Shown: positions 1 to 12,300 of the stretch, piece by piece
Layout of the letters: each line of letters begins with the position of its first letter
Position numbering within the stretch: the stretch's first letter is position 1
Origin: Minutocellus sp. GHC0000111
Lineage: Eukaryota
Length of the DNA: 64,000 bases
Assembly: GCA_977018835.1 (NCBI GenBank)
Contig: OZ361257.1
Coordinates: 1,736,001 to 1,800,000, forward strand
Direction: 5' to 3'
The notes under the pieces: generated by a model
Told to the model about the DNA's origin: nothing
Databases searched by the model: none
What the model saw: only the letters and a program-made list of their open reading frames with translations
Position numbers and translations under genes: made by a program

Positions 1-458
1 AGGCTTCAAACTAACGAGCTGAAGTGGTCTACAGCCAATTGGTTTCGGGTTCATCCCATGCGAAGCCGACGGTCGGTGGCGGACGGATGCCAGACCAAAA
101 CGATTGCTGCGCTGTCGCCTTTTATTATTATCTTTGCATCGCGACGAAGCTGGAAAGATACGCGACTTTTTCTCTCTCTCACACACACAAGTGAAGAGCA
201 CGCAAATGATACTTCTTCGCTGTGCCAATTACTCGATAATAGCCGCTTGGTGCTAGATCTAGGTCAGTGCCAAATTGGAAATGTGGACGGGAGACAAAAC
301 TGGGGCGTCACTTTTTTACTCCCCCGCCCGCACAATTGCCCCCGCAATGTCATTTCCAGCACAACTCGCGATGCATGCTTTTTCGTGCCACAAAATTGAG
401 GAGCCGCTCTCTGTGACGGCTTGCCTGTCCCCTGCCCAATCCTCCACCACCACACACC

Positions 459-2624
459 ATGCCTCGGCGGCCACGGTCCGAGTCCGGTGCTGGAGGGAGC
501 GCCCCGGCGGTGCCGGGATATCTGGCCTCGACCGCCTCGTCTCGCACGAGAAGCGACATGAATGGTAGTCCCAACAAGAGTGACGAAAACTCGTCGCCAA
601 GCAGGAACACCACCGGCGCCCGTGGCGGTACCGCCAGCAACCACTTCTTAGGCGATGGCACCTCTAACCCCTGCCACGATGCAAGCGCAGCATCCCCACC
701 CAAAATGAAACGAAAGGAATCGTTTCTGCGAAAGAGTGTAAAAGGAGTAGCATCCCACGTATCTCGGGCTGGCGGCGGTGGTGGCGGCGGCGGCGGCGGG
801 ACTGCTGCAAATACAAGCAGAGGTGCAGGAACAAACACGAATACGAACAAACAGGGCACCAAAGCGTTTGGTCAGCGAACGCAGGCCTCGGCGGGCATAC
901 GGAGACGTTTTCAGAGGGGAACGGCCGCTGCCCGCAAGAAGATGCCCCTCAAGACCCCGCCGCGTCCTCCCAGCAAGACCGGCGAACAGCGCCAGCAGCA
1001 GCAGCAGAAGCCGGCGGGATCTCCAACGCTGACGGCCTCTCCTGGCCCATACGACGATGATGACGACGATGATCTAACCCTCATGACCAGCCTGACCTCC
1101 GACCTCAGCCTTTCCATGTCCATGTCCTCGCCAGATCGATCTGCATCGCCGGCACCCCAAATGTCGGTCACCAACCGACGCATCGAACGGGCCGCGGCGG
1201 CTCTGGATGCTGCCGGACACAAGCATTTGGAGGAGGGCCGTGTCGCCGATGCGTTGGAGAGCTACCGGCGGGCCTTGAAGTTGAAACGCCGACTGCTCAA
1301 TGATACCGGCGCTGGGAGCGGTGGTCAAGGTGGCATGTCACCCATTGCCCAAGGAGAAGAGGCGATGCTGGGCACCACCACCACATCGTCGGCGTCGGCA
1401 AGCAATCCAAAGAAGACTGGGACAGATGATGGGAGCGTTAGCACTTGCACCAGCAGTGGACATGATCCACATCGAGAAGCACTGTTGGCCTCAGTCGCCA
1501 CATCAGTCAATAATGTTTGTTATGCAAGACAGATGATGGGTTTGGCCAGTCCCGACGAGGCCCTGACCGCATATCAGTCGTCTCTGGAATTGAAGCGCAA
1601 GGTTCGGGCGGAGAAGGTCGGTCAAATGGGATCGGAAAGTGATACTGCTCAAGCATCACTGAAAAATGAATCTGGTCAGAACAAACCAGTATACAAAAAG
1701 AAGGATGAACTAAATGATCAGGAACAGCACGATTTGTCGGTAGCCAAGAGGCTGAATAATATTGGTACGGTCCATCTGTCCACGGGCAACTATCCCTCCG
1801 CCCTATCTTCCTTCCGTGAATCTTGTGGTCAAATGCTGTCCATCCTGGGACCCGATCATATCGACGTATCGACCGTCCATAGCAATGCCGGGGATGCACT
1901 GCTGGGGATGAAGCGATATGGGGAGGCCACCGAGGAGTATGGCCGGGCGCTGAAAATTCGCTCGGCACGAAGTGGGATGGACCATCGCAAGTCGCAGCGA
2001 CTTTTGGAGAAGATTCGGATAGCGGCGAAGGCCGCCGCGGTGGCCAAGAATAGAGAAGAAGAAGAGAAGAAAGAAGCCAAGAAGAGCAGTAGCATAACTG
2101 GCTCGCCGAAGTCACCAGCACTTTCGGTGGAGACTCTCCAGCGATGGTTTGGGGAGACCGACGTGCGAGATTTCTGCCTCCTGACCGACCAATGCGAATC
2201 GGATGAGGAAGATGACGACCTCTTTGGCGATCTCAAGTCTCAGCTAGAGAATGACTTGGATCGCATTACCAATATTGGACAGGATCTAGAAGAAGAAATC
2301 ATGAAAGATCAGGCGGCATTTATGGAAGAGATTAAGAAGATGGATGGTGCTACAGATCCTACCAACGACAAAACCGACGAACATGAAATCAAAAATGCAG
2401 CCGAAACAGACAGCACTGAGAAATCTGCCACAGATACGAGCGCGAGAGCTTTGGCGGAAGTTCCTCGTCGCATTCGAAGTGCAGCCGATGCCAATGACGC
2501 CGTGCGAGAAGTTAGGGAACGACTTGCCAAGGTCCGCGCAAGGAATAAGACATTTGATGAAGGACTTGATGTTTTGCGTCGAGTACCAATCGGTGCATCT
2601 TTTGGTGACAATGAAAGTAGATAA
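459..2624 (+). CDS. TPR-repeat protein (kinesin-light-chain-like TPRs) with low-complexity N-terminus
   Basis: 721-aa ORF; TPR-like segments ALESYRRALKLKR, VAKRLNNIGTVHLSTGNYPSALSSF, HIDVSTVHSNAGDALLGMKRYGEATEEYGRALKIR. Confidence 0.8.
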   Translation: MPRRPRSESGAGGSAPAVPGYLASTASSRTRSDMNGSPNKSDENSSPSRNTTGARGGTASNHFLGDGTSNPCHDASAASPPKMKRKESFLRKSVKGVASHVSRAGGGGGGGGGGTAANTSRGAGTNTNTNKQGTKAFGQRTQASAGIRRRFQRGTAAARKKMPLKTPPRPPSKTGEQRQQQQQKPAGSPTLTASPGPYDDDDDDDLTLMTSLTSDLSLSMSMSSPDRSASPAPQMSVTNRRIERAAAALDAAGHKHLEEGRVADALESYRRALKLKRRLLNDTGAGSGGQGGMSPIAQGEEAMLGTTTTSSASASNPKKTGTDDGSVSTCTSSGHDPHREALLASVATSVNNVCYARQMMGLASPDEALTAYQSSLELKRKVRAEKVGQMGSESDTAQASLKNESGQNKPVYKKKDELNDQEQHDLSVAKRLNNIGTVHLSTGNYPSALSSFRESCGQMLSILGPDHIDVSTVHSNAGDALLGMKRYGEATEEYGRALKIRSARSGMDHRKSQRLLEKIRIAAKAAAVAKNREEEEKKEAKKSSSITGSPKSPALSVETLQRWFGETDVRDFCLLTDQCESDEEDDDLFGDLKSQLENDLDRITNIGQDLEEEIMKDQAAFMEEIKKMDGATDPTNDKTDEHEIKNAAETDSTEKSATDTSARALAEVPRRIRSAADANDAVREVRERLAKVRARNKTFDEGLDVLRRVPIGASFGDNESR

Positions 2625-3038
2625 GTGGCTCATAATTTGAATTCAATTCCGTTTCTCTACTTTATCCACCACTGTTTGAAACACATGTTTTGGTTGAGCG
2701 TTTCTCTATTCTCGAGAGCAGCTTTGCCTTCGCTTCTTTAATGTCTTCCAAATTTTCGATCAATGCATAAACTTATTCCTACATCTTTCAATGCATTGGT
2801 CCGAAAAACAAAAATCCGGAAGGGACTGGAAATGATCGACAAAATAGGATGTTGCGCCCTTCGCTCGGCACTTCCGCCCTTCCTCTTCGACTTCGCTCGT
2901 TTGCTTGATTTTAAAGTCGAAAGACACCCGGACACGTCTTCCCGCATCGCCCGCCAAAGAGCAGCAAGCCGAGCCGAGCCGATGCTCAGCGAAACCAGCA
3001 ATACAATTCGCCGTTTCCCAGTATATTCTGCACAAATC

Positions 3039-3998
3039 ATGAAGATTCTCTTCGTGTGGGACTTTGACTGGACCGTCATCAACTGCAATTCCGACGAGTA
3101 CGTGCCAGCGCAATTCCTCGGCCACGACGCAACGTCCAATGGCTTCCGTGACCTTATCCGCACAGCCGAGGAACAAACAAAGGCAAAGGCCGAAAGCAAT
3201 CACGACAATGATGGTGATGGTGCGGATGCAATTGATTGGGATTGGCACAAAATTGTCGAGATTATGGTCGGTAGGGCCATGCAGGAGGGCAATGGGGGCG
3301 CTGGTGCCACTCCCGACGACATTCTAGCCGCGGCCGCCAAGATGCCATACCTCGATCAAATCAAGGCGGCCATTGTGGAGATATCCCAACAAGGCCAGAC
3401 GGGACAGATGATACTGAGCGATGGCAATACATTGTTTATCGAGGCATATTTGAAAGCCAATGGCATGGAGGGCTGTTTCAACGAAGGCATAATGACCAAC
3501 ATTGGGGAATTTGTTTCCATTGGCGAGGAGGGAAAGCCTGCATTGAGAGTAACGCATCAAAGTGCCAAGTATGGTGGCCACGACTGTGCTCGATGTGCCA
3601 GATCTCCAAATCTTTGCAAAACACAAGCTCTCAATGATAAGCTCGGTCAGTTGGGCGATAACGCCCCGGAAAGGATTGTCTATGTCGGCGATGGAGCAAA
3701 TGATGCCTGCCCGGCGCTCAACATTTTGAGGGAGGGTGATGTGTTACTGGCCCGAGGTGGAGTCAAGCGATTGGAGGCCAATGGCCGAAGCGGCGCCGAA
3801 ACAGATGAGGAGGCCAAGGATCGAAAAGAGTGCAGTGCCGGTAAGGGAGGGAAGTTCGGGATAATGTCAGCATTGAAGCATGCCGAGAGGGAGGAGGGAG
3901 GAGGAGGGAAGATACCAAAGTGCAGTGTGATGGAATGGACGACGGGCAAGGAGTTGCGAGACTTGATCAGGGAGATAATCTTTGGTGATAATAGTTGA
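3039..3998 (+). CDS. HAD-family phosphatase, PHOSPHO1/2 (pyridoxal phosphate/phosphoethanolamine phosphatase)-like
   Basis: HAD motif I WDFDWTVINCNSD, ILSDGNTLFI, NLCK, motif IV YVGDGANDACP; start taken at MKILFVWDFD (ATG 3039). Confidence 0.85.
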   Translation: MKILFVWDFDWTVINCNSDEYVPAQFLGHDATSNGFRDLIRTAEEQTKAKAESNHDNDGDGADAIDWDWHKIVEIMVGRAMQEGNGGAGATPDDILAAAAKMPYLDQIKAAIVEISQQGQTGQMILSDGNTLFIEAYLKANGMEGCFNEGIMTNIGEFVSIGEEGKPALRVTHQSAKYGGHDCARCARSPNLCKTQALNDKLGQLGDNAPERIVYVGDGANDACPALNILREGDVLLARGGVKRLEANGRSGAETDEEAKDRKECSAGKGGKFGIMSALKHAEREEGGGGKIPKCSVMEWTTGKELRDLIREIIFGDNS

Positions 3999-4370
3999 AG
4001 GGTGTGTTGTTTTCTGCCTATTAGTTCAATAATTGGATACCGGTACCGGCAATTCAAACTCTCATCATTTCGTACATTTACTTGCTTAGCGGGACGACAC
4101 CACCAAAAAAGGTACCGGTAATTTTCGCTGTCTTTTGAGCAAAGGGGTCTTCCCTGATTTGCTATTACGCCCCTGTATTGCTAAGCCGCAGCCAGCCAAA
4201 CGAGTGGACATGCATCGACGAGATCCGTTCAGTTTGGATAAAGGAGTAGACCACGTGCTTTCTTTGAACCATACCACTTGCTGCATTGCCATTCCGAATC
4301 GAAACCTTATCCGTGCCCTTGTTTCCTCGGGCGTGGGTTGTTTCATCTCGGCCACTGCAAATCGGCATAA

Positions 4371-6763
4371 ATGAGTAAGGGCAAATCGGACTACTCCGGC
4401 GGCGGCACCTCCGGCGACCGTTGTCCTCAATTATCGGAAGTTCCCGAAACTGACACGACCGCCTCTCCCGACGACAACAACGACGACGGCACCACCCCGC
4501 AAGAACTAGCGGACGCTTCGAGGTTCAATGCACCGCCATCTCCGACGGCGTCGAGCCGCGGCGGCACGAGTGTCGTTTCGGATCTTACCTCAATAACTGG
4601 CCCATCCCGTGCTGCTACATCTGCGTCGGCGGCGGAAAGGTCCGACGAGGCCGAGGCACGGCGGAGGTCCATCCGAACGGCGCCGGGTGCGTTTCACGTT
4701 CGGCCGCTCCTCGCTGCTGATATCGATGATGAGGAGAATCAAAATCACGTCTCTGATGATGAAGAGAGAACAGCAGGTGGTCGGTCGGTAGACACGAGCG
4801 GTGCGGCCGTGCTTCCGGAAGAGGGGGCAGCAACCGTCGTCGACGCGCAGGTGGAGGCGGTGGCCGTCCAAATCGATGAGGCCGTGGCCACATATCAGGC
4901 GGTGCCCGTCGTCGATGCCCTCACCACGTCGAGGATACCCGAAGATGGCGAAGAATCAAGTTATCAGCTGGAATCGGGCAATTCGCAGTCTCAATCGGCA
5001 TCTTTAGAAAAGGGCGGGGGCAATGGTCACATGAGTTATGCGTCGGGCGTCTCGTCCATAACAGGTGCAAGGTGGGACTCACCAAGTGCAGATACCACGG
5101 CCCCGCATCACCAGAGTTCACATATCGGTAAGCAGTCTGGAGGGGAAGAAACGTATCTGTCCATTCCTCGAAGGTACCTGGTATGGGGGTTAGGCGCCCT
5201 CCTATTGGTGGCAGTTGCATTAGGTCTGGGACTTGGCTTGGCCCGTCCTCAAGGTGGTACTCCAGACTCGTCTTTGACAACCAATGGCGTGGGTGAAGCG
5301 CAAGAAGGTGATACTGATACTCCTGTTACCGCTGAGAATGGAACTGGTGAAAACAACAACCAAGATGAATCATCTTCGTATCGACTTATCGAAATGGAGG
5401 TGCTTTCAAAAACTTCCGTGGCATCCGTCGATCCGATCTCCTCGTCGCTCTCCTTGGGACTCTTGTTGCCAACGAAAACTCGTGGGACAATGAGCCGTAC
5501 TCTTACTGCTGGATGGGATGTGGACAACGGCGTTGTCAAGGTCTACCGTTCCAGGATGACAACGAGAGTGTTTCCTTCGGACCCTTCATTGAGTCGGCAT
5601 CTATATCTCTATCTGATATCGATGGAGGCAAAGCCAACGCCGGTGAGCAGGATGGTAGCGGTCAAGAAATTGGCCGGGTACGTGAAAGTAGCAGCATCAT
5701 CGTTGATGCCGGAGTGGACGGAGAATCTTTTGTTGTTAGCTACCGCAACTGCGTTCGATTTTTCACTTCCCTCCTCCATGAGAATCAACGAGCGGTGATT
5801 GTGGAAAAGGAAGGGTATGATGTAAGTATCGTCAATCCAACCACATTGATCAAGACCAATACTAGTGACCAATCGGCAGAATGGTATCAGCGCGGTGGAA
5901 CCCTGGTGGGAGATGATGACCCAGCCATCCAAGGGTTTGGCAGTTCAATCGGATACAGTGCCAGTGGTCCTCATTTTTTTCATCGATTAGTTGTCGGTTC
6001 AGACAGCGGACATGTTCGAGCCTATCGATACCGATGGACAAATGATACAGTTCCCAAGTGGCAGCGGCTCGATGGGGGGTTGCTTGATCCTCCCACCAAC
6101 GCCACGGGGAAAGCAGTAGTTGCCATGGCTGGATCAGGCGCGCGTTTCGCGGTGGGCTATCCGACCTTGGGCAAGGTTTCTCTATACAAGTTCAATGACA
6201 AGTTGGTCATTGACGACGAAGATTCTAGCTCGTCGCACATTGAATTGGTTGACGAGGTCTATTCTGAAAGTGGAGTCGAGGGCAACATGTTTGGTCAGTC
6301 TTTGTCAGTAGATGTGTATGCAAATTTCTTGATAGTTGGAGCCAAGGGTTATGCACGTGCGTACTGGTTACGTCCTACACCATCATCCGTTGTTGGTTTT
6401 GAACTCAATTCTGTTGGCGGTGCTATTTTTGGCGATGAGAGTGATGGGGATGAATTTGGTGCCGTTGTTGCAAGTGGACGCGTGCCTTTACACAACGGTG
6501 GATGCGTGGCCTGTCCTTTTATCCTCGACAAGCAGCGAATAGCAATTTCAAGTCCAGCCTTTGATAATGGCCGAGGGAGAGTAATTCTATATCAGTACAA
6601 CGATGACCAGGAAATCTGGGAGACACTTGCGTCGCCGATTGAAGGAAAGGCAAACTCAGATAAGGTGGCGCAAGCTGTAAGGCTTTCGCCAGACATGGGA
6701 TCCGTTGCTGTCACCTCGGCCGTTGGCGAAGCGAGGGTGTTCAGACTCCTAGCACTCCAGTAG
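4371..6763 (+). CDS. Single-pass membrane protein with C-terminal FG-GAP/beta-propeller-like region; one apparent frameshift near 5405-5412
   Basis: N-terminal disordered region with PGAFHV motif, TM helix YLVWGLGALLLVAVALGLGLGL; second frame gives GFGSSIG, MFGQSLSV, DEFGAVVA, RIAISSPAFDNGRGRV repeats; frames join at the A-run near 5407. Confidence 0.6.
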
Positions 6764-6858
6764 CAACTTGCTGGTCTTTTCACAAGCTGTAAATCTAAAT
6801 GTACTGGTATGATTTATCTACTTTCCAGAAACTACCATGTTGTCACACTTTGTTTTCA

Positions 6859-8879
6859 TTATTCGAGGCGGGTCGGGACGCCCTTTTCCGCCGCAGCTGG
6901 GCCGACTCCATTTACTAGAGATCGAATGACGCCGGTATTGTCGAGCTTGACTGTAAAGACGTGATCGATCTTGATGTTCTGCGACTCGGGGTGCTTGATC
7001 GCCATCTCGACGTGAACATCGAAATCCCTAAAGTTCGAGTACACCCCAACACCGGCCGCATGGTGCTCCTTGACGCTGTCCTCGACAAAATACCCTAGAT
7101 GGTTGGCCTTACTGAATTCATGGCAGACATCGTAAGGCAATTCGCATTGATAAAATTGCACATTACCACGCTCACCTCTCCAAATCGTTTGGTGTTCGGT
7201 TGTATGCTCCACAGCAAGTCCATGAATAATTACATCATCGCCATTTACCTCGAGTCCAGTCTTGGCTGGAACTTCGCCCTTGACTGTTTGTCTGTAGTGA
7301 TAGCTAATGTTTTTGAAGTTCGCTTCCTCTTCGGGTCTAAGCAGTACATGATCGGCACGCCAGAGCCAGAGATTATCGCCGTAGGTGTTTCCTGAATTCA
7401 AAACGACCATTGTATCGGTGGCAACATCTCTAGACAGATTGGATCCGCCAACACGAGCAAAAATGTCGGTCAGGGCGCCTGGATTGAGGGGATTGCCAGC
7501 ATCTTTTACACCCTCCTCGCCCCATTCCAACATGGTAGCTTTTCGAGTTCTATCGGCGGGTATTTCCGATGCCTCGAGCATAATTCCAGCGATTCGAACA
7601 CCTTCGAGCATGGGGGCAACCTTGATGCAGGGAGAGCCATCTGAGGGAGCAACTAACGTCGCCAATCCAAGCCCAAGGACAACCTGGTTCGAACGCTTAA
7701 CCAGAAGAGGTTTATCAAGGTGGTACATACCCGGCGCAAGAACGAGGTCCTTGCCAGCGTCGAGAGCGGCCTGCAGCTCATCGGCGACGTTTGTGTTGGG
7801 GATTTCCATCTTTGTGGATGGATCAAGGACAGTTGCCACACCGAGCTTTACCTTTGTGAAATCTCGGACATCGTCGTCTTCACCCGTCAAGTCTGGTCCA
7901 AACTTGGCATCCTTGTCGCCTCGAACTCTGACCTTGGGCACACGCAACTCAAAGCTTTTGCCGTCGCCCTTTACGGAAACATACGGCTTATCTACAACGA
8001 CCTTGGGCGAATCATCCCTCACAATGCAAGGGAGGGCATTGCCTTTTTCGTCAATACCCTTGCCGTCGTTACCATCCGCCAGCGCATCGCCGGAACAATC
8101 GACAAACACCGCATTCCAGGCACTCGTGTACTCGTTGTGAGCCTCCATCTTCTCTTTGCCGTTGAATGCCACGCTTCGACAGATGTATTGCTGTTGACTG
8201 CCGAATTCAACATTGCCATCGATGACGGCATTGGCCAGGACTCCTCCGCTGGCCTGCGCGCCTTTATCGTGCAGCTTGAGGTCGCCCTGGATGTGCACTC
8301 TACGGAGCGGGGCCGCCTGACTCACTGCCCACAGCATATCCCCACCTACGTCACTATCGGCCGTCTTGGTCACAGCAAAATTCTCGGCAGAACGCCAGAA
8401 TGTATCCAATGATAATCCGAGGCGTCCACCAACAATGTCTCTTTTGTTGACGGCCTCGACATACGGTCCCATCTTGCAGTTCTGGAATTGGGTAGACGAG
8501 GCATTGCGTCCGAGTCCCGCCAGTTGGACATAGTAGCCCACCTCCACATCAATGTCGGTGTATGTGCCAGGGTGGAAGAGCAGAGCAAATCGCTCGTTGG
8601 TGAAGTGGCGATCAGTATTATGCCCGACTTTGGTGACGTTGCCATTGAAGTTGTCTGGATATGTATACTTTGGATCCTCGGTTGGCTCGACAATGCGACG
8701 AATCTCCTCGGTGGTCATGGTCGGATGCAAAAACTTCACCGAGGCCGGCCAAGGGTGGGTGGGTTGGGTTCGAGGCCAACATTCTCCTCCGCGTCCATTT
8801 TGCGTTTCACCGTCATGCTCTTGGCAGCATGTGCTTGCAGGGCAAACGTGATAAGTGCTGAGTGGGCGAATGCCTTCAT
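6859..8879 (-). CDS. Glycoside hydrolase family 55 (bacterial-type exo-beta-1,3-glucanase) with probable signal peptide; frameshift near 8755
   Basis: Motifs FWRSAENF, WAVSQAAPLRRVHI, SQQQ, LWLWRADH, GLAVEH, FYQCELPYD; upstream frame MKAFAHSALITFALQAHAA...EPNPPT joins WPASVKF after a frameshift. Confidence 0.85.
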
Positions 8880-9226
8880 GTTCGTGCGGTGGTCGGCGTC
8901 GTCGGTCGACAGAAGAAGGCGAAGATTTATGGGCGCGGCAGATCTGACACAGCAAGAATTGTTTCGTGCCTCCACGTGTAATCGTAGTTCGTGCGGGGAG
9001 AGAGGTTTTGAAAGAGGTGGAAGTGGATCCGTTGAATGCTGTAGAATTACACTGGTTTATACATTGTTTTTAGCTAGCCTGCCAGGTGGAAGCGATACGC
9101 CACTGATCTTTGTTCCTGGAGCATATCATGACCATCGCCTTCCACAGATCCGCATGATCGATCTTGCCGATGCGACGCAACAAGTGCTCTGCAAATTGCA
9201 TTTCTTTCGTCGCAACATGCTCCCTT

Positions 9227-10174
9227 TTATACCACCTTCTTGCCCTTCACCTTACTAGAACCACCACCAATCAGAGCCCCCAAAATGCCTTGCACGATCT
9301 TGTAACTCCAGAGCAGTTGAAGGCAAGTCAAGCCAATGGCCGACCACCAACTAAGTGCACAACCCACGGTGCATTTCGTCGATCGACAGGTAAATCCCAG
9401 CATTGCCGCAACATGCAAATAACGAACAATGTTGGGCATCCACATGAAGAATCTTACTGTCAAAAATGACACGGCAAAGACCAATCGAATGAGCTGATTC
9501 GCCAGGGGGTATCGTTGCGCCAATTCTGGGTTGCCCTTGAATGCATTCATTGCCGCTAACGGCACCGATGATATCTCGATCAATCCATAGAAGAAGGGCG
9601 TAAAGTATCGAAATCCATTGGTGAAGAATGCGCTCATGCTGCCCACAACAATGACGCAAACATGATGAAAGAGCATTGCACCATGTTCATTCACCAAGAA
9701 GACGCCCACCGGTGTGGCCCACAGCTCATACGCTATTTGCAATTCAGCAAACGCACTCATATCTTCCCACCCCTCCACTCGCTGCGACGTGGGCGTATCC
9801 GATGGTTTTGTAACCGTGTAATTGTAGTGATAAATGCCCAGCAGGCCCAAGCCGAGATTGACAAGTAGATTGGTAATTTGATAGGCTGTCTTCCATTCCG
9901 TAACGTGCGGCATTGCTTTTCTTCCGTCGTCTTGGTCTTGGACCATTATCATTCATCGAGCGGATCGGATAAATACCACCAAAAATGAGTACAGGGTGGA
10001 AATGATGGCCACCACCGACGCAATGCGACGCGTCGATGCCAGCAATTGGTCGGCGGGCAGGAGTGCGGCATTGTCGTGAAGGGACGCAACTTCCTCCCAC
10101 ATGGCTTCGCCGGCGTCATTGGCCGGGACGAGAAGGCTTCGCACAAAGGCTGGAGGCTCGTGCTGAGAATATGC
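9227..10174 (-). CDS. TLC (TRAM/LAG1/CLN8) domain membrane protein; interrupted at about 9953
   Basis: Multiple TM helices; MLFHH, FFYGLIEISSVPLA, FAVSFLTVR, LQLLWSYKI; upstream ORF 9953-10189 is in the same frame, separated by one TGA. Confidence 0.7.
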
Positions 10175-10650
10175 CATGATACAGTTCACACCGTTGCGCT
10201 CAAATTCAGCGAGAGGGTGGGATGTGGCTTTTCAGCAATGGAGTCGTAGCAATCAATTGCTCTTGGAACGCGGCAGTCTGGAGTTCTGACCACCTGGAAG
10301 AACTTGATGGCAACGGTGCCACGTCATTTCGACATGTCAGCCTGCTCTGGGTGGCAAGGTCGCTGGGAGATGAGACCTTCGACAATATCGAGGAATCTGT
10401 CTACCATTGAGTTCCCTTCGTGGGACAGTAGATAGCCTGTCCAATATAAGGAATGCTTACCGCTTACCGCTGGGCTGAATAGCGCCCATATCTACTCATT
10501 AGATTAGATGAATCGACTAGATCTATGTGTTGCATGAACTCTGTGTTACATAGATCTCTTACCGGCACATGCAGGAACCCTACTCTACTTTATACGGTCA
10601 ACGAGGTGCAAGATTTCACACGGTAGATCTAAGTACAGATCGCACAACAT

Positions 10651-12300
10651 TCAATACGACCAGAAAACCAGCAAATCCGCCGAGCCCTCGCCGATGCCAT
10701 GGTCAGAAAGAGTCTTGTGGTCCTCAAGATTCGATGATGAGCTCCGTTTCGCGCAGATTGATATTTCCCATCAACTCTGGCGCACCAAGTTTTCTGCTCA
10801 GGAAATATTTCATTGATCTTATGGTGTCACTTGTGTGCAGCGACAATTCGATCTCTTCACCAACAGGCCTACCGAATTGCTCTCTCTGGAAGATGAAAGT
10901 GATTTCGATATCATCTCCTGTAACGCTCTCGTTCTTCTTGCCATTGATGGCATCGCTTAGGACCATTGCCGTCGCGGCTGTTGGAATTTTATTGATCAAC
11001 TCGGACAGTCTTCCCGGCGACACATCCGCGTCGGTCAGCTCAAGATACCGTGATAGTGCAGCGACGAATGATTGCAGCATGGTACCATTCGTCCAGCCTT
11101 TCTCCTTCATGATCTCCAAAATATCCAACGCAATCGGGCCGGCTGCATCGTCATCATTGGGCAGGTGGAGTAGCCGAGTGAGGGCGACGAAGTAGGCTTC
11201 GTCGAGAGAATCCTTGTGCTTACGAATGTAGGCGACCCCGAGCTTGCAGACGTGCGCCTGAACAACATCCAATTTCTCGTCCAGATCACTCTTGGCCCGA
11301 AGCTGAGTGAATACCTGGAGTAAGAAGGCAGGCGACATGCCCAACAGGAGTGTGGAATCGGCCGCAATTTTGTAAATCTTTTCGGCGCATATGAGAGCCC
11401 CAGCACCGATAATGATCTTGGCATCTTCACCGTCGTCGGAACCAAATTCGTCGAGATATGCTTCGAGCTTGGCCATGTCTTTTCGCATGTCGTGCTCGAT
11501 GAAATCGTTGACCGCCTCGTTGAGCTTGTGGGTGAGGAAGTAATTGGCAAGATATCGTAGAGCCCGCATATTGTCGGCATCCACCACCTCCTCGGCGTGG
11601 TACAGAGGCAGGTCCAAAAATGCTGGAAAGGCATCGGCCGCATCCTTGGGCAGCTTGATTCGACTCATCCGTTCCTCAGATTCCTTAAACTGGACCGATG
11701 CAAACAGCGCGGCGAAGTACTCGCACTTGCGAACGCCCGTGGCTAACCGCTCTCGATGGACGTGGTGTTCCTTCTTGCTGCCCCGGCCACCCCGTCGACC
11801 CTCGATGCTCACCTCGATGGTCCAATCGGAATAGCTCTCCTCCTTTGCGAGCCTCCACGCCAGCTCGCCCCGGGCTCCCTCGCTCAAATCGTCGTCCTCG
11901 TCGTCGGAATCTTCGTAGATGAAGATGCTTGATTCGTCCGAGGCATAGTCATCCTCGTCAATGTCCATGTCGTCGGACCCAAAGTCCTCGTCGTTATTTT
12001 CAGAGGGCGGTTCATAGTCCTCATCGGCATCATCACCATCAGTGGCATCGCCATTGGCATTATCAAATGACGCGCCACTCCCCTGAACGACGCCGTGCTC
12101 GGCAAGGATGCGATCCATGTATGACTTGGGTGTTTGGTCTTGGTCTTCGTTTTCGTCCACGACGCTCACATCATCTTGCGAATTCATCTGTGCTGCGTCC
12201 CTCTTCATCAAATCAATGAGATCCTGCTTTCGTCGTCGCTCATAGGCTGCGCTGTGGTGTTGACCGGTCGAATCACGTCGTCTCGTCAAGATGCCGACAT
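10651..12300 (-). CDS. BTB/POZ-like protein with C-terminal ubiquitin-like domain; frameshifts near 12290 and 10730
   Basis: SYSDWTIEV..HVHRERLATG..EYFAALF..AFPAFLD..LANYF BTB-type motif; C-terminal IELSLHTSDTIRSMK and, after a frameshift, LEDHKTLSDHGI (ubiquitin LEDGRTLSDYNI-like) ending at TGA 10651-10653. Confidence 0.7.

Noticed and set aside
2763..3038. N-terminal extension of the phosphatase ORF
   Set aside because: HAD motif I normally lies at the N-terminus; the extension looks like promoter/UTR
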